Shown here: in pieces, positions 55,935 to 64,000 of the stretch | Layout of the letters: each line of letters starts with the position of its first letter | Numbering within the stretch: the stretch's first letter is position 1 | NCBI GenBank assembly: GCA_039028615.1 | Contig: JBCCHT010000003.1 | Coordinates: 288,001 to 352,000, forward strand | Direction: 5' to 3' | DNA from: Myxococcota bacterium | GTDB taxonomy: Bacteria > Myxococcota_A > Polyangia > Nannocystales > Nannocystaceae | Length of the DNA: 64,000 nt | Translations under genes and position numbers: made by a program | The notes under the pieces: generated by a model | Seen by the model: the letters and a program-made list of their open reading frames with translations, nothing else | What the model was told of the DNA's origin: nothing | The model's database searches: none

Positions 55935-56447
55935 TCAATCGGTGCCCAGCGGGTGGCTGGGACGTTCGTAGGTGTCGAGGGTGAGCCCCGTAGGACCGGG
56001 GACCCCGGCCTCCTCGAGCATCGCGAAGGCCTTGGGTAGTGCTTCGGCGAGGCTGCGAACGGGAATGAGCGTGAGCCCGCGACGAGTGAGGTACAGGGTC
56101 ATGGTGATCACCGCGCGCATGAATGCGCCGTCGATGATCGTCAGCGAGCCCAAGAAGGTATCGCCCACCTCGGCGGTGACGCGGTCGATGCCCTCGGCGA
56201 GCACACGGCGGGTCTCGGGCCCGGGCCGACCGCCCATGTCCGTCGTGTCACCGATGACCACGAAGCGGTTGCCTTCGCGACGCGCTCGCTCGGCCATGCG
56301 ACCGAGCCACTCGGTGTAGCCGTGCACCACCGCCGACGTCGGCATACCGAACCACGTCACGAACAGGATGGGGTAGTGCTCCGAGTTGAAGACGATCGAA
56401 GCTTGGGCCGACGTGCAGGACTCGATGTTCCCCACCGAGGTCATCAT
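55935..56447 (-). CDS. STAS/SEC14-like alpha/beta domain protein
   Basis: YPILFVTWFG, V.D......P..ETR and FMRAVIT pattern common in myxobacteria. Start uncertain. Confidence 0.6.
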   Translation of the reverse strand: MMTSVGNIESCTSAQASIVFNSEHYPILFVTWFGMPTSAVVHGYTEWLGRMAERARREGNRFVVIGDTTDMGGRPGPETRRVLAEGIDRVTAEVGDTFLGSLTIIDGAFMRAVITMTLYLTRRGLTLIPVRSLAEALPKAFAMLEEAGVPGPTGLTLDTYERPSHPLGTD

Positions 56448-56555
56448 AGAGGACTGAGGGATCCCCTGAACCATAAAAAGTACGCGGGCTGCGGACCGAA
56501 TGGCACGGATTGACACCTGGATCCGGCCCACACGAGGCCACGATGTCGGATGAAT

Positions 56556-57146
56556 TCAGTCCTTGATCGCGAGTGAATCGAGCACCAACTCGAACCCGGG
56601 GCGGGCTTTCTTGGCGTCTTCATCGGCGATCTGACTGTAGGTGACCACGGAGCGATCTTCGAGGTCGACCACGAACGCACGTTGTGTGTGTGGGACCTTC
56701 TCTCCCAACATGCTGGTCGACAGCGCCTTCTGTCGGCCTCGTACCTCGCGACCGAAGAGCGTACGCGTGGCGTCCTGAACGCCCAAGCTCTTCACGGTGA
56801 ACGCACCATCGGCCGTCGCGGCCATTTCCTTGACGACGTCGTCGAGGAACTCTTCGGCGTAGTCCTCTCCGAACTCGCCGCTGGGCTGATACTGCACGAT
56901 CATGAGCAGCGCGGACCCGCTGGACTCTACCGTCAGCGTGGTGACCCCGATGTCCTCGATGGTCTCTTGCTCGGCCTCCACCTCCCAGTTGCCGGGATAG
57001 GAGAAGCTCAGGCCGGAGTGCGAGAAGGACTTGGGATGTTCGACGTCGGCGTCCGGCTCACCGATGAGCGCATCGACGATCGCTTCGCATCCGGTGCTCA
57101 GCCCGGCACACAGGGCGATGGTGACGAACGCGGAGCGTCGGAGCAT
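56556..57146 (-). CDS. Hypothetical lipoprotein (PsbP/DcrB-like)
   Basis: Lipobox STGC, GLSFSYPGNW and terminal FELVLDSL. AGGAG RBS. Confidence 0.72.
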   Translation of the reverse strand: MLRRSAFVTIALCAGLSTGCEAIVDALIGEPDADVEHPKSFSHSGLSFSYPGNWEVEAEQETIEDIGVTTLTVESSGSALLMIVQYQPSGEFGEDYAEEFLDDVVKEMAATADGAFTVKSLGVQDATRTLFGREVRGRQKALSTSMLGEKVPHTQRAFVVDLEDRSVVTYSQIADEDAKKARPGFELVLDSLAIKD

Positions 57147-57185
57147 GGGCTCCTTGATAGCAGGTTCGGTGGCGTAGCACCGCGA

Positions 57186-58613
57186 CTAATTGCCGTCGGA
57201 TTGGCGATGGATGTCGATCTTCCGCAGCGTGAGCCCTTGCACTCGAGCTTGGAGTCCGCGAGGGCGTAGGCCTTCGAAGGGGAGCTCCAGAGGGGAGACT
57301 CGCTCGACTTCGATCGCCTCCACGTCGGCCTGGCGCGGCCCGAAGGCGAGGCCACGGGCGCTCAGCACCATGTTGCGGGCATCGAATCGGAGCTGGCCGG
57401 GGGGCGGCCCTTCGGCGCGGTGGCTGATTTCACCCCGGATTTCGACGGTCTCGATGGCGGGGCGCTGCGCGTCGCCGAAGTGGAGCCGGCCGCGGGCGGC
57501 GGGCAGCTCGAAGGGCGCGACGCGAACCGACACGTCGATCTCGCTGAGATCGATCTGGGTGAACTCCACCCCGCTGCCCTCGTCGTCGGCCTGGGCGCTC
57601 TCGCGGAGCTTCGCGGACAGCCGCGGCCGTACGAAGGTGGACAGCCGAACCCGGTTGTTCTTCGCCCGCTCCATCCCCTCGGCGTCGAGCGGCCACTCGA
57701 GCAAGGGCAGGTTGTCGAAGGGCACCAGCGGGAGGTCTTTTTCGAGGATGAGCTTGTCGTCCTCGAGCTCGAAGTCGAGGACGAGGTCTTCGAGCCCGGC
57801 GAGGCTCTTTTCGAGCTGGTGATAGTCGAAGATGCCTTCCTGCAGCGGGACGCGGAACCGGTGGGTGGCCTTGCGGCGCCCGAGGATCGGCACCTGCAGG
57901 TCGGCGACCAAGTCGAGGTTCACGTGACCGTCGAGGCCATCGAGATAGGGTAGGGCAGAGGGCTCGGCGGGCTGGCCTTCGGCCTGCCGCTCCGGTTCGT
58001 CGTCGCTCGGGGTGCCGAACGTGGGCAGGTGAGTCTCGACGCTGCCCACGGACAGCGACTCGATGCGCAGCCGACCGCCGTCGAGGTGCACCGGTTCGGG
58101 AATGGAAAGGTCCTGGGCGACGACCTCCACGGTTTTCGTCTCGATGCGGACCGTGCTGGCGCTGGCGTGGCCTACCCGCACTTGGACCTCGCCCTCGGCC
58201 GTGGCGTTGACCTCGAAGTCATCGAGCACGACGGTCGTGCCCTGCACCTTGGCGCGCGGTAGATCGAGGCTGAGGGTCGCCTCCACCCGGCGCGCTCGGA
58301 TGACCCCCACGAAGGGCACGCTGCCGAGCGCCTTGGGCTCGTCGTGGGGCATCACCGCCTCGATCTCCACGTCGTGCAGGCGGCAGGTGCCCTGAAGGCG
58401 CCCCTGATACAGGCCCCACGACAGCTCCGAGACGAGCAGCGTGTCGGCCCGCAGCCCGTGCAGGCCCGTGCGTTCGGCGTCGCGTTCGAGCCGGCCGCGA
58501 ATGCCTCCCCCGGGCCCGAAGGCGAGCACGTCGGTGGCTCCATCGGCCGCGTCGAACTCGAGTCGGAGCCCTTCGGCACCCAGTTGCTCCACGCCGATTC
58601 GTAGCCGCGCCAT
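57186..58613 (-). CDS. Hypothetical beta-strand-rich protein
   Basis: Long ORF with GC3 bias and alternating hydrophobic strands. No recognised motif. Confidence 0.72.
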   Translation of the reverse strand: MARLRIGVEQLGAEGLRLEFDAADGATDVLAFGPGGGIRGRLERDAERTGLHGLRADTLLVSELSWGLYQGRLQGTCRLHDVEIEAVMPHDEPKALGSVPFVGVIRARRVEATLSLDLPRAKVQGTTVVLDDFEVNATAEGEVQVRVGHASASTVRIETKTVEVVAQDLSIPEPVHLDGGRLRIESLSVGSVETHLPTFGTPSDDEPERQAEGQPAEPSALPYLDGLDGHVNLDLVADLQVPILGRRKATHRFRVPLQEGIFDYHQLEKSLAGLEDLVLDFELEDDKLILEKDLPLVPFDNLPLLEWPLDAEGMERAKNNRVRLSTFVRPRLSAKLRESAQADDEGSGVEFTQIDLSEIDVSVRVAPFELPAARGRLHFGDAQRPAIETVEIRGEISHRAEGPPPGQLRFDARNMVLSARGLAFGPRQADVEAIEVERVSPLELPFEGLRPRGLQARVQGLTLRKIDIHRQSDGN

Positions 58614-58729
58614 CAGGCCACGATGGTATCGCGACGACCGCCGCACGTTCGCGCGGCTCAGCAGCCCGGTCTTCGGGGCTCGACCACATTTTCTGCTGCC
58701 GCCACGAAACCGCGCGCTATGGTCGATGC

Positions 58730-59365
58730 GTGACCACGACTCGCCTTCGCCAGCGGTGGGAGATCCGCACCCGAAGGCCGACGGCCGACGTCGTGGCGTT
58801 CTTCGATGGTGCGCTCGCCCAGGCCATCGACGAGCGCATCAACGGCGCCAAGGTCGAGCGTCGCGACATCGCGGGAGGCCGCACGGTGGGCGTGCGGGGC
58901 GACGGGTTCGTGATCTCGTTCGCCATGATCCCTGTGCGCGAAGGCGACCCGTTCCGCCGGAGCCTTCGACGGCGCGGCGTGGTGGACCTGATGGGCACGG
59001 TGGCGGTCTCCGACGAAGGGGCGGACCTCATGGTCGTCGCGGGCAGTGCTCCCGTGCGTACGTCCGAGCCGATCATCCGCTGGAGTTCGATCCCCTACGC
59101 CACCAAGGCGCTCGTCATCGGCTCCGTCGTGCTCCTGGCCATGCCGCTGGGCGTGGCGCTCTTCGTGATCGCCGTCTTGGGGCTGCTGATGGGGCTTTCG
59201 TGGAGCGGGGCCGACGACGAGCCGATGCTGAACGCGGCCGAGGACGAGCACCTCGCCGAGGAGATGCACGTCACCGCGGTTCAGCTATGGCGCGTGCTGT
59301 GTGACGACGTCTCCCGCCTGGTGGAGTCCGCGAACATCGTGCCCGCGTTGGTCGACGCCGACTGA
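58730..59365 (+). CDS. Hypothetical membrane protein
   Basis: GTG start, C-terminal hydrophobic hairpin and GC3 bias. Confidence 0.65.
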   Translation: MTTTRLRQRWEIRTRRPTADVVAFFDGALAQAIDERINGAKVERRDIAGGRTVGVRGDGFVISFAMIPVREGDPFRRSLRRRGVVDLMGTVAVSDEGADLMVVAGSAPVRTSEPIIRWSSIPYATKALVIGSVVLLAMPLGVALFVIAVLGLLMGLSWSGADDEPMLNAAEDEHLAEEMHVTAVQLWRVLCDDVSRLVESANIVPALVDAD

Positions 59366-59374
59366 AGGCCCGAC

Positions 59375-62824
<3,450 letters not shown>

Positions 62825-62967
62825 CGCGCGCAGGATGACATCGGAGCTTCGATGCGGGCAAACGCGATCGGGGCTGCCGAGTGGCCTGGGAGGCCTTTTC
62901 ACCGTCGGCGTCGCGCGGCTTGCTTCGGTCGGCGCCCCGGGGGGATGCTGTGCCCGGCTCAGCCGTC

Positions 62968-64000
62968 ATGGAATCGCTCCACGCGCTCGTCGAGGTCCTC
63001 AACTACTACATCTGGTCGTTCGGAATTCCGATCGGCGACCAGACCATTCCCCTGGTGGTGCTCGCGCTCATCGGGACCGGGGTGTTCCTGACCCTGCGCC
63101 TGGGCTTCGTGCAGTTCCGGCGCCTGGGCCACGGGGCGGCGGTGGCCACCGGCCGCTACGACGACCCCGATGACACGGGGGATGTCACTCACTTCCAGGC
63201 GCTGTCCACCGCGCTTTCGGCCACCGTCGGCATCGGCAACATCGGCGGCGTCGCCATCGCGATCCACTGGGGCGGCCCGGGGGCGCTGTTCTGGATGTGG
63301 CTGACCGCGCTGGTCGGCATGGCCACCAAGTTCGCCGAGGTGACCCTCGCGCAGCGCTATCGTTCCGTCGAGGACGACACGGGGGGCAGCAGCGTCGCGG
63401 GCGGGCCGATGTACTACATCGAGCGTGGCCTCGGCCCCGCGTGGCGGCCCCTGGCGCTGTTCTTCGCGGTGATGCTCGGGCTCACCGCCTTCCTCACGGG
63501 CAACGGCGTCCAGGCCAACACCGTGGCCGACACCGTACAGGCCATCTTCTCCGTCGATCCGGTGGTGACCGGGGCGGTCACCGCGGCTCTCGTGGCGGCG
63601 GTCATCCTGGGCGGCATTCGGCGCATCGGTAAGGTCACCGCGATCTTGGCCCCGGCCATGGCGCTGCTATACGTCACCGCGGCTGCGTTGATCCTGCTGA
63701 TGCACGCCGACCAGGTCCTCCCCACCCTGGGGCTGATCGTGCGCGAGGCCTTCGAGCCCACCGCGGGCGTGGCGGGTACCGGGGTCGGCGCAATCCTGGT
63801 CACGATGATGTGGGGCGTGAAGCGAGGCCTGTTCTCCAACGAGGCTGGGCAAGGCTCTGCACCCATTGCGCACGCGGCTGCACGCACCGAAGAGCCCGTC
63901 TCCGAGGGCGTGGTGGCGTTGCTCGAGCCCTTCATCGACACCATCGTCATCTGCACGATGACCGCGCTGGTGATCGTGATTACCGGGGTGTGGAGCGAGC
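62968..64000 (+). CDS. Sodium:alanine symporter (AGCS family), 3'-truncated by window edge
   Basis: Not in the ORF track. Translated by hand: FQALSTALSATVGIGNI, GGPGALFWMW, GGPMYYI, RGLFSNEAGQGSAPIAH and FIDTIVIC. Confidence 0.95.
   Translation, partial: MESLHALVEVLNYYIWSFGIPIGDQTIPLVVLALIGTGVFLTLRLGFVQFRRLGHGAAVATGRYDDPDDTGDVTHFQALSTALSATVGIGNIGGVAIAIHWGGPGALFWMWLTALVGMATKFAEVTLAQRYRSVEDDTGGSSVAGGPMYYIERGLGPAWRPLALFFAVMLGLTAFLTGNGVQANTVADTVQAIFSVDPVVTGAVTAALVAAVILGGIRRIGKVTAILAPAMALLYVTAAALILLMHADQVLPTLGLIVREAFEPTAGVAGTGVGAILVTMMWGVKRGLFSNEAGQGSAPIAHAAARTEEPVSEGVVALLEPFIDTIVICTMTALVIVITGVWSE

Overview
Gene-dense, very GC-rich (roughly 70% by eye) bacterial chromosome segment. It is almost certainly myxobacterial and resembles Nannocystaceae: it has a MYXO-CTERM protein, a Myxococcus-type Cys-rich repeat, an AgmU/GltD-like TPR protein and many lipoproteins with Ser/Thr/Asp-rich linkers. 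About 59 CDSs are supported. They include a lipid operon (crotonase, ACP, acyl-AMP ligase, DAG/sphingosine kinase family, Coq4-like), dinB, a TetR with visible tandem operators, an alpha-carbonic anhydrase, an isolated rsmH-ftsL-ftsI block divergent from a degenerate Fic plus ribA, a PhnCDE-type (selenate-like) ABC transporter divergent from a 7-gene PstS-fold/porin/TonB/TBDR operon, a two-component system, ferredoxin, MscS, several hydrolases and a truncated Na+/alanine symporter. I saw no rRNA, tRNA, CRISPR array, integrase or transposase. The best candidates for undescribed systems are: (i) an OM-barrel/ECF sigma/anti-sigma/pseudo-metalloprotease cassette, with a second barrel+lipoprotein paralogue pair nearby; (ii) a 23.7-28.3 kb island of Cys-rich secreted peptides, including an Ntox16-like protein behind a RiPP-like leader; (iii) the 39-47 kb uptake operon. 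All family calls come from reading motifs, not from database searches.
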